Source: Nanobdellota archaeon (lineage in GTDB: Archaea > Nanobdellota > Nanobdellia > Pacearchaeales > GW2011-AR1). Taken from it: a stretch of 64,000 nt of DNA. Each line of letters opens with the position of its first letter. The first letter of the stretch is position 1. The notes under the pieces were generated by a model. It did not search any database and had not been told where the DNA came from. It saw only the letters and a list, made by a program, of their open reading frames with translations. The translations under genes and the position numbers were made by a program. This document shows positions 27,502 to 36,633 of this stretch, one piece after another. The stretch is from positions 32,254-96,253 of the forward strand of contig JAJZAH010000001.1 in NCBI GenBank assembly GCA_021799535.1, read 5' to 3'.

Positions 27502-27938
27502 TGGGACGAAAGAAGACTTCTAAAAAAGAGGATTCGGAACAAAAAAAGACGAGCGAAAAAAGTTCGGTTCACATAAAGCTTGAAAATGAAGAGGCTGTCT
27601 TAAGCAAAAGAGATATACTCTCTTCTGAGATGAATCTTTTAAAGATAGAAAGAAACATACAGAATTACCAGAAGCTAAGAGGAGATGAAATGAAAGTAAA
27701 GCGCCTTATACAGAAAAAGGCAAGAGAGATTAGAATGAATATAAATAAACTTCAGGTGATGATACCCAGTCCAAAGATCCCAAGGATTCTGAAAAAGGAA
27801 ATTTCCATTTCTGAACCAGAAAAGATTGAAGAAAATGTCCATTTCAACTCTCCAAAAAGAAGAAGCACAGTAGAAAGCCAGCTTCTGGAAATCCAAGACA
27901 GACTGAACGAACTGCAGGGAAGAGGAATTGAAGAGTAG
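27501..27938 (+). CDS. hypothetical coiled-coil protein
   Basis: Its start overlaps the upstream stop (TAATG at 27499-27503). The sequence is charged and helical. Confidence 0.45.
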   Translation: MGRKKTSKKEDSEQKKTSEKSSVHIKLENEEAVLSKRDILSSEMNLLKIERNIQNYQKLRGDEMKVKRLIQKKAREIRMNINKLQVMIPSPKIPRILKKEISISEPEKIEENVHFNSPKRRSTVESQLLEIQDRLNELQGRGIEE

Positions 27939-27939
27939 T

Positions 27940-28584
27940 TTACTTCTGAAAGATTCCCACATATCCCACGCCTTTCTTCCGAAGTTTCAGAATTCTGAAT
28001 CCTGCTTTTGAAAACTGACTAACTAAATCACTTTTGTGAAATTGCTCCGAGACATCATCCCCTATCTCTCGGGGAAAATAAACTGTATTTCCGACGATCT
28101 TTTTTATTGGAATTTTTATTTTCTTGTAATACCTTATACGCTCATCAAAAGCATCCTCATTATAGGCGCTTGATATAAGAATTCCTCTTTTCTTCAAAAC
28201 ACGATGAATTTCTTTGAGAGTTTTCTCTTTCTTGTTTCCCAAATTTGAATAAAGACCAACTAAAATTGCATAGTCAAAAGAGTTTCTCTTAGCAGGCAGC
28301 CTGGAAGAATTTCCGACTTTCAAAGTAACTTTTTTATTATCTTTAAAATATTTTTTCGCGAGACTTATAACTTTTGGATTATGATCAATTCCAAGAATAA
28401 ATTTCGGATTACATTTAAGAGAGTATTCTATTGTCCGGCCATAACCGCACCCGATATCAATTATTTTCTTTCCGCGCTTGATATTTGAATAAATAATTGA
28501 CTTTTCTGAGTCAAAAAAGATCTTGAACAACTTAGAAAGTTTGGAGGTTATTTCCTCCCAATATTTGGCACTTGGAATTTCCAT
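27940..28584 (-). CDS. class I SAM-dependent methyltransferase
   Basis: Motif I IIDIGCGYGR and a post-I acidic residue (ILGIDHN). Confidence 0.75.
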   Translation of the reverse strand: MEIPSAKYWEEITSKLSKLFKIFFDSEKSIIYSNIKRGKKIIDIGCGYGRTIEYSLKCNPKFILGIDHNPKVISLAKKYFKDNKKVTLKVGNSSRLPAKRNSFDYAILVGLYSNLGNKKEKTLKEIHRVLKKRGILISSAYNEDAFDERIRYYKKIKIPIKKIVGNTVYFPREIGDDVSEQFHKSDLVSQFSKAGFRILKLRKKGVGYVGIFQK

Positions 28585-28664
28585 ATAAAATTAGTAGAGA
28601 AATAATTATTTATTAAATTTGCCTGAATACAAAAATTTAAAACAATCCTCTTTTTTGATTAAGT

Positions 28665-30422
28665 ATGAACAGGAAAGAACTTATCCAAAAGTATATTGAA
28701 TTTTTCAAAGAGAAAGGACATTTGGAAATCCCTGGAGCTTCATTGATCCCGGAAAATGACCCCACAGTGCTCTTCACGACTGCAGGCATGCATCCGCTGA
28801 TCCCTTTCCTTACTGGGCAAAAGCACCCGTTGGGAAGAAGGTTAGTTGATGTCCAGAGATGCATAAGGACAGGAGATATTGAAGATGTGGGGGATACAAC
28901 ACACCACACTTTTTTCGAGATGCTTGGCAATTGGTCATTGGGAGATTATTTCAAAAACGAAGCTATCGGATATTCATATGAATTCCTTACAAAGGTACTC
29001 AATATCCCAAAAGAGCGGCTTGCTGTAAGCGTATTTGCAGGAGACAAAGACGCCCCGAAAGACGAGGAATCTGCAAAAAAATGGAAAAGTCTTGGAATCC
29101 CAGAAAAAAGAATTGCATTCCTTCCAAAGAAGAATAATTGGTGGGGACCTGCAGGAGAAACTGGCCCATGCGGTCCTGACACTGAAATGTTTTACTGGAA
29201 GTTAAATTCAGAAAAAGCTCCGCAATCTTTTGACCCCGAAAATGAGAATTGGGTCGAGATTTGGAATGATGTCTTGATGCAGTATAACAAAGATAAAGGC
29301 GGGAAATATGAGGAAGCAAAACAAAAGAATATAGATACGGGAATGGGAGTCGAAAGAACTACTGCAGTTCTAAACGGTCTTGAAGACAACTACCTCGCAG
29401 ACATGTGGAAACCGATAATCGGGGAAATAGAGAAAATATCTGGAGAAAAGTACAAAGGAAACGAAAAGACTATGAGGATTATCGCAGACCACTTGAAAGC
29501 GGCAGTTTTCATGATCTCTGACGGTGTCGAGCCGTCAAACACAGAAAGGGGGTATGTCCTAAGAAGGCTAATAAGGAGAGCCGTAAAATATGGGAGAAAG
29601 CTAAACCTGAAAGATTTCACATCCGAAATCACAAAGCCAGTATTTGAGATTTATTCGGATTACAAATTGGATAAAGAAAAGATATCCGATAAACTCCTGG
29701 AGGAGGAAAAAAGATTCAATGAAACAATAGAAAAAGGGATGGGAATTTTCAGCAGACTGACAAAAGATAAAGAAGAGCTCTCGGGAAAAGAAGGATTTCT
29801 GCTCTATCAGTCATATGGTTTTCCGTTGGAGATGATTATTGAAGAAACTAAAGACAGGAAAATAAAGTTTGATCCAAAAGGATTCAAAGCAGAGTATGAA
29901 AAGCATCAGGAGCTCTCAAGAAGCTTATCAGCGGGTAAGTTCAAATCCGGACTCATAGACAATTCAAATAAGACAACAAGGCTCCACACAGCGACACATC
30001 TTTTAAATGAAGCACTTAGGCATGTGCTAAAAGACAAGGGGATCACGCAGAGGGGATCAAACATAACTTCTGAAAGATTAAGGTTTGATTTCAATTTCCC
30101 AAGAAAGCTCACAAAAGAGGAAATAAAAAAGGTCGAAAAGTGGGTGAACGATAAAGTGGAAAGAGACCTTCCCGTAAAGAGGGAAGAAATGAATCTTGAG
30201 GAAGCCATAAATTCCGGAGCACAGCACGAATTTGGGGCGAAATATCCTATTAGAATTTCGGTTTATACTGTTTATGATGAGAAGAATCCAGAGAAACCTG
30301 TAAGCAGAGAGATCTGCACAGGCCCGCATGTAGGCAGAACTTCAGAAGTCGGAAAGTTTAGGATAGTAAAAGAAGAATCCTCAAGCGCAGGGATACGAAG
30401 GATAAAAGCAGTTGTCGACTAA
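28665..30422 (+). CDS. alaS: alanyl-tRNA synthetase, bacterial-type, ending after the editing domain (no C-Ala)
   Basis: The N-terminus FTTAGMHP...RCIRTGDIEDVGDTTHHTFFEMLGNWSLGDYFK is the bacterial AlaRS pattern. The editing domain carries HTATHLLNEALR and EICTGPHV. The protein stops at ...SSAGIRRIKAVVD (585 aa). Confidence 0.9.
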   Translation: MNRKELIQKYIEFFKEKGHLEIPGASLIPENDPTVLFTTAGMHPLIPFLTGQKHPLGRRLVDVQRCIRTGDIEDVGDTTHHTFFEMLGNWSLGDYFKNEAIGYSYEFLTKVLNIPKERLAVSVFAGDKDAPKDEESAKKWKSLGIPEKRIAFLPKKNNWWGPAGETGPCGPDTEMFYWKLNSEKAPQSFDPENENWVEIWNDVLMQYNKDKGGKYEEAKQKNIDTGMGVERTTAVLNGLEDNYLADMWKPIIGEIEKISGEKYKGNEKTMRIIADHLKAAVFMISDGVEPSNTERGYVLRRLIRRAVKYGRKLNLKDFTSEITKPVFEIYSDYKLDKEKISDKLLEEEKRFNETIEKGMGIFSRLTKDKEELSGKEGFLLYQSYGFPLEMIIEETKDRKIKFDPKGFKAEYEKHQELSRSLSAGKFKSGLIDNSNKTTRLHTATHLLNEALRHVLKDKGITQRGSNITSERLRFDFNFPRKLTKEEIKKVEKWVNDKVERDLPVKREEMNLEEAINSGAQHEFGAKYPIRISVYTVYDEKNPEKPVSREICTGPHVGRTSEVGKFRIVKEESSSAGIRRIKAVVD

Positions 30423-30443
30423 GCAGAATCCGCAATAAAAATA

Positions 30444-31541
30444 TTAATAGTTTAAACCGTATTTTTTTCGCAGTGAACTCATCTGAGATTCTTGCAAAGG
30501 ATTAAGTGATCCTGAATTTATTATTTGGTTTGACAAACTGCCAAGAAGCTTCGCATCACTATAGTCAGAGATGTTTCCTGAAAGCGAAATGCCGTTTGAT
30601 ACCATTATTATCTGGGGGGTGCTTGAAAGCCTTTCAACACCATTATCTCCAAGATAAAGACCCTCACTAAAGGATATTGGGCTGGGCATTGTAGTCTCGA
30701 TAAAGCAATATCCCGTCCCCAAATAGCTATATTCAACGGGACATTTTATGCCGACAGATTCATGATCCTCGGATGGGAAGTAAAACAAAACAACTCCAAA
30801 ACCCATTTGTTTAAGCATATAAGCGAGAAGTTCAGACTTGCTTTCACAAGATCCATTGTCGTCCCCCAATACCTGATAAGGGTACTTCCCAACTTCAACT
30901 TTTGTTCCAAAAAATAAAGCAAAGTTCGACTGATTGCTGTAAGGAATATCCTGGACAAAACTCACAGCAGCTTTGGCTTGCATATCTTTTGAATTGGGGT
31001 AAAGATTTTCAATTTTTATGACAAGAGGCATAAGGAAAGATGACTGGACAGGATTGTCTATTTTAGCAAGCTTCAGGTCGCTGAGCCTCGGTGTCTCGTT
31101 GACGGGATAAACTTTGTAAGGCGAGAGATTTAAAAGGTAGTTGAGAACGGAATTTCTGAACCTAAAATCTAATGATCTGTTTACACCATCAAGGAGATAA
31201 TTAAAAACAAGGTTCTTAGATAAATTGTCATATTTAGACTCACAAGCAGTGCCGTTAAACTGGAAATTGTCCGGACACCCGCAGTAAGAATCATTCTCAA
31301 CCAAAGTCTGGTTCACACACAGATAAGGCTTTGTAAGCGAACATTGGCTGGAAAAGGTCCCGTCGCCGCAGAATTCATAATGGTATTTTTGAGGAGATGG
31401 AGAGTAAGAAAGGGCAGATAATAAAAAGACTACAAGAATAATCAAAATTCCCAAAACAAAATAAAAAATCTTCGAGGAAACGATCCTTTTAAGGAAAAAC
31501 TGTTTAATCGGAGCGATCTTTGCGGAGGCCACCTCATCCAT
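30444..31541 (-). CDS. membrane-anchored extracellular protein with a transglutaminase-like Cys/His core (putative)
   Basis: N-terminal TM segment, a Cys-rich region, and GSCESKSELLAYMLKQMGFGVVLFYFPSEDHESVGIKC, which resembles a transglutaminase-like C...H core. The start is set at MDEVASAK. Confidence 0.45.
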   Translation of the reverse strand: MDEVASAKIAPIKQFFLKRIVSSKIFYFVLGILIILVVFLLSALSYSPSPQKYHYEFCGDGTFSSQCSLTKPYLCVNQTLVENDSYCGCPDNFQFNGTACESKYDNLSKNLVFNYLLDGVNRSLDFRFRNSVLNYLLNLSPYKVYPVNETPRLSDLKLAKIDNPVQSSFLMPLVIKIENLYPNSKDMQAKAAVSFVQDIPYSNQSNFALFFGTKVEVGKYPYQVLGDDNGSCESKSELLAYMLKQMGFGVVLFYFPSEDHESVGIKCPVEYSYLGTGYCFIETTMPSPISFSEGLYLGDNGVERLSSTPQIIMVSNGISLSGNISDYSDAKLLGSLSNQIINSGSLNPLQESQMSSLRKKYGLNY

Positions 31542-31584
31542 AAAATAGATTAAGGAAAGTCTGTATAAAAAAGTATTGATAAAA

Positions 31585-32061
31585 TTACTCTTTGTTCCAA
31601 CCTTCGTTGACCTTCCCAAGGATGTAAGCGAGCCCGGGTTTGAAGGTATTTATCCAAGATTCATAAGATTTGTCTATAAATTCCCTTTCTTTCTCTTTGC
31701 TCCACTCAAGACCTATGAGAGAATACATACTTGAAAACCTCATCGCAAGCGTTATCAAATCCCAGATTTTCTTTCTTTCCTCAGAAGAATTAAAGAGCTT
31801 CGCTTCAGTCTGGCCGGCAAAAAAAGATGGGTTTGGCAGTAACAGACTGTTTAAGTATCCATGCCAATCCCTATAATAATCAACTATCCTTGCGCAAAGT
31901 TGCCTCGAAAATTTTTCGGACACGAAGCCTGTGGAGAGAACAAAATCTCTTATTGAAAATTCCATTTCAAGATCTTCAAAGCTTGGTTTAAACTTTAAAG
32001 TTTTTTTCGCCTCTTCGAAGCTTTTCTCAAGATCTTTCAGGATTTCTTTCTTGTCAATCAT
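31585..32061 (-). CDS. hypothetical protein
   Basis: 158-aa ORF with no motif recognised. Confidence 0.45.
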   Translation of the reverse strand: MIDKKEILKDLEKSFEEAKKTLKFKPSFEDLEMEFSIRDFVLSTGFVSEKFSRQLCARIVDYYRDWHGYLNSLLLPNPSFFAGQTEAKLFNSSEERKKIWDLITLAMRFSSMYSLIGLEWSKEKEREFIDKSYESWINTFKPGLAYILGKVNEGWNKE

Positions 32062-32106
32062 AAAAATTCTTGGGAATTGATGTTTTTAAAATTAAGGGAT
32101 AAAAGA

Positions 32107-32770
32107 TTAGACTTTCTGAAATAGATATTCCCAGTGCTCTGCAGTTACATCTGCAGTTGCACTTGGCCTACTTTGAAGTTTCTTGTATAAGATTTTATAT
32201 CCTCGAAATAAACTTTCAATTTCTTGATTAGTAAAGAAGTGATGTGGAATATCCCCATCAATCTGATTAGTATTCATCCTTGTGTTTTTTTCAATTTCAT
32301 ACCCGCTCGAAGCTCGGGGATCTTTGATTGAAGGAACCGCAAAAGCAAGGATTCCACCTGGTTTCAGGATATTTTTCATATCTTCGCACCATTTCACAAT
32401 TTGTTTTCTTAACCCATGTTCGACAACAAGGGTAGAGATTATCCCGTCAAAATAGTTTCTATTATAAGAAAAATCCCACACAGAATGAACAGAAGAATTT
32501 ACTTTATCAACAAAATTGTTCTCTTTAAGCAGTTCATGGAGAATATCAATTGCTTTTTGAGAAGCATCTATCGAAATAAACTTTCAAATTCTTATCCTTC
32601 AATGTATTACACAAAAATAGGGTATGTCGTCCTGTTCCACACCCACAATCAAGAACTTTAAGGGATTTCGCTTGACTCTCCGACAAGAATTTTGAAAACT
32701 CCTTAACCACAGGCATGACCTCTTTTTGTATTACTCCCTTCTCTTTGTAAATTGAATTCCAGTCTGCCAT
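32107..32770 (-). pseudogene. SAM-dependent methyltransferase interrupted by a single frameshift
   Basis: Motif I (LKVLDCGCGTGRHTLFL) is in the 32546-32770 frame. The continuation FISIDASQKAIDILHELLKENNFVDKVNSSVHSVWDFSYN...LKPGGILAF is in a different frame. The shift lies near 32580-32590 in a T-rich run. Confidence 0.65.
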
Positions 32771-32788
32771 GATTATAATGTGAAAAAA

Positions 32789-35782
32789 TTATTCAAACCA
32801 TATCCCGGGCATCCCGGGCTTGGCTTTTTTGGCACGGCCTTGAGGATCATACTTATTATTATCCTGCACGGAATAGATAAAGACTTCTTTGCCAAGTTCT
32901 TTTTCGAACCTCTTTTTGTCAAGATCTCCGATTTCAAACGGGAGAAAATAAAGATGAACTTTGGAAACTTTGTCACCACGACCTTCAAGCTTTCTCATTA
33001 TGGGAAGGACATAATTAATAACTTGGCTGTTTAGATTAACACCTGCTTTCTGATTAAGTTCCCCCTCTTTAAACTCCGGCCACTTCGAAGTCGAAATGAA
33101 ACTACTGTTTCCAAGCTTTTCCCAAAGCTCCTCGGCAATGTGGGGGCAAAACGGAGAGAGTAGTTTAAGGAAATCTTCAAGCACCTTCTTGCCAACTTCT
33201 TTCTCCTTTGAGAGCTCCTCAAAAAGCTCTCTCAGCGCAATTGTAACTTTCCTGTAATCAAAATTCTCAATGCGTTCTCCAAAGTATTTTATGGAATTGT
33301 TCATTTTAAGTTCTAATTCTTTGGAGGTTCTTCCCGGCTTAGTTTTGACAAAAAAGTCATAAATTCTCTTTATGAGCCTGAAGCTCCCTTGAATCCCTTT
33401 CTCACTCCAGTCAAAATCTTTATCAGGTGATGCGACAGAAACAAGAAAAAGCCTCAGTGAATCTGCCCCGTATTTGCTGATAGTATCAAGGGGATTGACA
33501 ACATTGCCCTTTGACTTACTCATCTTGTCACCACCTTCTCCATGAAGCATACCCTGATGGAAAAGCCTTACCGCCGGTTCATCAAATCTGATAAGACCGA
33601 GATCTCTCAGGAATTTGACGTAATACCTCGAATAGATTAGATGCATACAGGCATGCTCCGCGCCACCTATATAGATATCAGGAGGGCACCAGTACGATGC
33701 TTTCTCTTTATCAAAGATCTCTTTGTTATTATGCGGATCTGTATACCTCAAAAAATACCACGAGGAGTTCACAAAAGTGTCCATCGTATCGGTTTCGCGT
33801 TTTGCTTTTCCGTCGCATTTTGGACATTTAACATTTATCCATTTATCATTTGTAAGAAGAGGGTTGCCTTCGCCAAAACTTACGTTTTTTGGAAGTTTTA
33901 CTGGAAGGTCTTCATAAGAGACTGGAACAACGCCACACCTCTCACAGTGTACTACCGGAATAGGAGTCCCCCAATACCTCTGCCTTGAGATTCCCCAGTC
34001 TTTTAGTCTGAACTGGACCGACTTTTTGCCTGATCCCTGCTCTTTCAAAAAGTTCGTAATCTCTTCTTTTGCCTTTTCATTTTCAATGCCATTAAATCTT
34101 CCGGAATTTATCAGGGTTCCCTCCCCCGTGTAAGCTTCGGTCAAGTTCCCATCATTAAGCTCAAAATCAACAGGGTCTATAACTATCTTGATTGGAATCC
34201 CATACTTTTTTGCGAACTCATAATCCCTCTTATCGTGAGCTGGTACAGCCATCACCATTCCGCTCCCATAATCAGCGATAACAAAATTACCCATGTAAAT
34301 AGGAACCTTTTCACCATTGACAGGATTGATTGCATAAGATCCTGTAAAAGCTCCCTCTTTTTCAAGATCAGCAAGATCTTTCTCCGAAATTGATTTTAGT
34401 TTTTTAAGGAACCCCTCAACTTCTTTTTTATGATCAGATGTGACAAGCCTTTTCAGTTCTCTGTGATAAGGTGAAATCACGACAAAAGTCACCCCATAAA
34501 TTGTATCTGGTCTCGTCGTAAAGACGGGCCATTTTTCGCCAGCAAGAATTTCTGAAAGAAGTTCAGGAAATTTATCAATTAGGAAATGCCCGCGACCATT
34601 AAGTTCCAAAACTTTCCCACCCAAAGTATTGTGATATTCCTCAACACTTTTCAGGATATAGTTCTCATCATTATCTGAAGAGAAGATTATGACCTCGCCT
34701 ACAGAATCTTTCACAAGTGAATTAATGTCAAAGTCATAGAAAGTTTTCTTATAATCAACTCTCGCAAATTTACAAGGAGCGACTAAAATTAATTTTTTAA
34801 TCTTTGTTTTTGTCTCACCCAGCCACCTGACTAAAAAAGCCGCTCCTCTGCTGTGTCCAACAAGAATCGAATTTTTATCTATTTTTATCTTATCAAAAAT
34901 TTTTCTCCATTCTTCATAGGTCGCCTTTGAATCAACAGGCATTTGCGGGAATTTTGAATCGATATTTTTTTTAGCCAACTCACTTTTCAGCCAAGGCATC
35001 CAATGTTTATTATAATCTTTATCTTTCTCTGCATTTCCCCCATGAACAACCACCACTTTAGACGTTTGCGTCTCAACTTCAAAATCAATTTCTGTTCCAT
35101 AGCTTTTCCCGATCCAATGTTTCTGCATCGATTTCGTCGTTTCAGGCCAATTCATATTATCAAGGTTATCAAGAAGCTCATCAGCATAGTTTGTAAGCTT
35201 GAAAAACCACTGTTTTAGATATTTGGATTCAACAGAGGTCTTCTCATGCCTCCAGCATTTTCCATCGACAACTTGCTCGTTTGCTAAGACTGTTTTGCAT
35301 TCAGGGCACCAGTTCACAAGAGATTCTTTCTGATAGGCTAAGCCAGACTCGAGCATCTTTAGGAATATCCATTGATCCCATCTGTAATAATCCGGATTGG
35401 AAGTGTCCACAACCCTTCCCCAGTCATAAGTGAGGCCCAGCCTCTTTTGCTGTATCACAAAATTCTTGATTGAATTTTTTGTGTAATCTTGCGGATGCGT
35501 TCCTTCCTTTATTGCTGCATTCTCGGCAGGAAGACCTAGTGCATCGAAACCTATCGGATGAAGGACATTATAACCTTGCATAATCTTGTACCTCGCAATT
35601 ATGTCCCCAATGGTGTAGTTTAATGCATGACCCATATGAAGCCCTGAGCCTGAAGGGTAAGGGAACATTTCAAGAGAATAGAATTTTTTCTTCTTGGGAT
35701 CTTCTGAAACATAGAACGTCTCCTCATCGTTCCACCTCTTTTGCCATTTCTTCTCAATCTTAGAAAAATTAAATTCTGCCAT
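32789..35782 (-). CDS. leuS: leucyl-tRNA synthetase (bacterial-like layout) carrying an inserted alpha/beta serine-hydrolase domain
   Basis: Core LeuRS motifs are present: FYSLEMFPYPSGSGLHMGH, GFDALGLPAEN, the Zn module WCPECKTVLANEQV...GKCWRHE, CP1 editing TTRPDT...AVPAHDKRDYEFAKKYG, and KMSKSKGN. An extra segment of about 175 aa (residues ~241-415) carries GHSRG, SSDND and GRGHF. Confidence 0.93.
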   Translation of the reverse strand: MAEFNFSKIEKKWQKRWNDEETFYVSEDPKKKKFYSLEMFPYPSGSGLHMGHALNYTIGDIIARYKIMQGYNVLHPIGFDALGLPAENAAIKEGTHPQDYTKNSIKNFVIQQKRLGLTYDWGRVVDTSNPDYYRWDQWIFLKMLESGLAYQKESLVNWCPECKTVLANEQVVDGKCWRHEKTSVESKYLKQWFFKLTNYADELLDNLDNMNWPETTKSMQKHWIGKSYGTEIDFEVETQTSKVVVVHGGNAEKDKDYNKHWMPWLKSELAKKNIDSKFPQMPVDSKATYEEWRKIFDKIKIDKNSILVGHSRGAAFLVRWLGETKTKIKKLILVAPCKFARVDYKKTFYDFDINSLVKDSVGEVIIFSSDNDENYILKSVEEYHNTLGGKVLELNGRGHFLIDKFPELLSEILAGEKWPVFTTRPDTIYGVTFVVISPYHRELKRLVTSDHKKEVEGFLKKLKSISEKDLADLEKEGAFTGSYAINPVNGEKVPIYMGNFVIADYGSGMVMAVPAHDKRDYEFAKKYGIPIKIVIDPVDFELNDGNLTEAYTGEGTLINSGRFNGIENEKAKEEITNFLKEQGSGKKSVQFRLKDWGISRQRYWGTPIPVVHCERCGVVPVSYEDLPVKLPKNVSFGEGNPLLTNDKWINVKCPKCDGKAKRETDTMDTFVNSSWYFLRYTDPHNNKEIFDKEKASYWCPPDIYIGGAEHACMHLIYSRYYVKFLRDLGLIRFDEPAVRLFHQGMLHGEGGDKMSKSKGNVVNPLDTISKYGADSLRLFLVSVASPDKDFDWSEKGIQGSFRLIKRIYDFFVKTKPGRTSKELELKMNNSIKYFGERIENFDYRKVTIALRELFEELSKEKEVGKKVLEDFLKLLSPFCPHIAEELWEKLGNSSFISTSKWPEFKEGELNQKAGVNLNSQVINYVLPIMRKLEGRGDKVSKVHLYFLPFEIGDLDKKRFEKELGKEVFIYSVQDNNKYDPQGRAKKAKPGMPGIWFE

Positions 35783-36064
35783 AATTTAGCTAAATAAAAA
35801 GGGTTTAATAGATTTTTGTTTGCCGATAAATGAAACAGATAAATCTTGAGCACAAGGATATTTATTAAATGAAAAAATCCTATTTAAAAGATTCTACTAT
35901 ATTCTCTGTTAGCTTGCCAAAAATGCTATCCCCCTTGAGATAAGGAGCATACATATCTTCTATGAAATTTGACCTGCCTGATGCCCACAAGAAAATTCCT
36001 TTAATAGATTTTTGTTGAAAGCCGTCCAGGAAGATTTTAAATAGAACATCTGCCACCTCAATGC

Positions 36065-36592
36065 ATGGAAAATAAAGAAGAGTTTATCGCATATCTGACC
36101 GGGAATGTTCTCTCAAGCAACTCAAAAAAAGCATACACTCTTCTGAAAGCAGGATCTTTCGGAGAAATGAACGGAAGTAAGGTCATATACTCCCTATATG
36201 AAGGAATGTTCCTTTTGAAAAATCGGGGCATGATTATTCACTCAGGCAAAAGAGTCCTTGAAGAGGGGGAAGTAAATGAAAAATTTTCAAGGATTGAAAG
36301 AAAGTTCCCATTAAAGTATAAAATATACGAAGATTTAAGGGGAAAGGGTTTTATCGTCAAATCCGGAATAAAGTACGGATCGGATTTTTCTATTTATGAT
36401 AAAGGCAGAAAACCCGGAAAAGACCATTCATCATGGCTCCTATCCGCCGAAAGGTGGTCCGAAAAAATCAAAATGGAAGAATTAATATTAAAGAACAGGG
36501 TCGCGAACTCCACTAAGAAAAAGACTATTCTGGCAATTGAAAGCGGAGAAGGCGGGATAGTTTATTATGAAATGAGCTGGAAAAAGCTCTGA
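36065..36592 (+). CDS. endA: tRNA-splicing endonuclease
   Basis: Catalytic C-terminal domain GIKYGSDFSIYDKGRKPGKDHSSWLL. The protein is 175 aa. Confidence 0.8.
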   Translation: MENKEEFIAYLTGNVLSSNSKKAYTLLKAGSFGEMNGSKVIYSLYEGMFLLKNRGMIIHSGKRVLEEGEVNEKFSRIERKFPLKYKIYEDLRGKGFIVKSGIKYGSDFSIYDKGRKPGKDHSSWLLSAERWSEKIKMEELILKNRVANSTKKKTILAIESGEGGIVYYEMSWKKL

Positions 36593-36633
36593 ATTTTAAA
36601 AACATTTATAATTAAAACCTGATTATCCCCCCT

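Noticed and set aside
32773-33034. ORFs 32773-32988 (-) and 32780-33034 (+) at the leuS 3' end
   Set aside because: Both overlap the conserved C-terminal coding region of leuS, which ends ...KAKPGMPGIWFE at 32789. They are alternative-frame artefacts.
34538-35062. LeuRS insertion as an intein or an independent nested gene
   Set aside because: It lacks intein splice-junction features: no Cys/Ser/Thr plus His-Asn junction pattern and no endonuclease motifs. It has no internal start or stop, and the frame is continuous with flanking LeuRS blocks. The motifs are those of an alpha/beta hydrolase.
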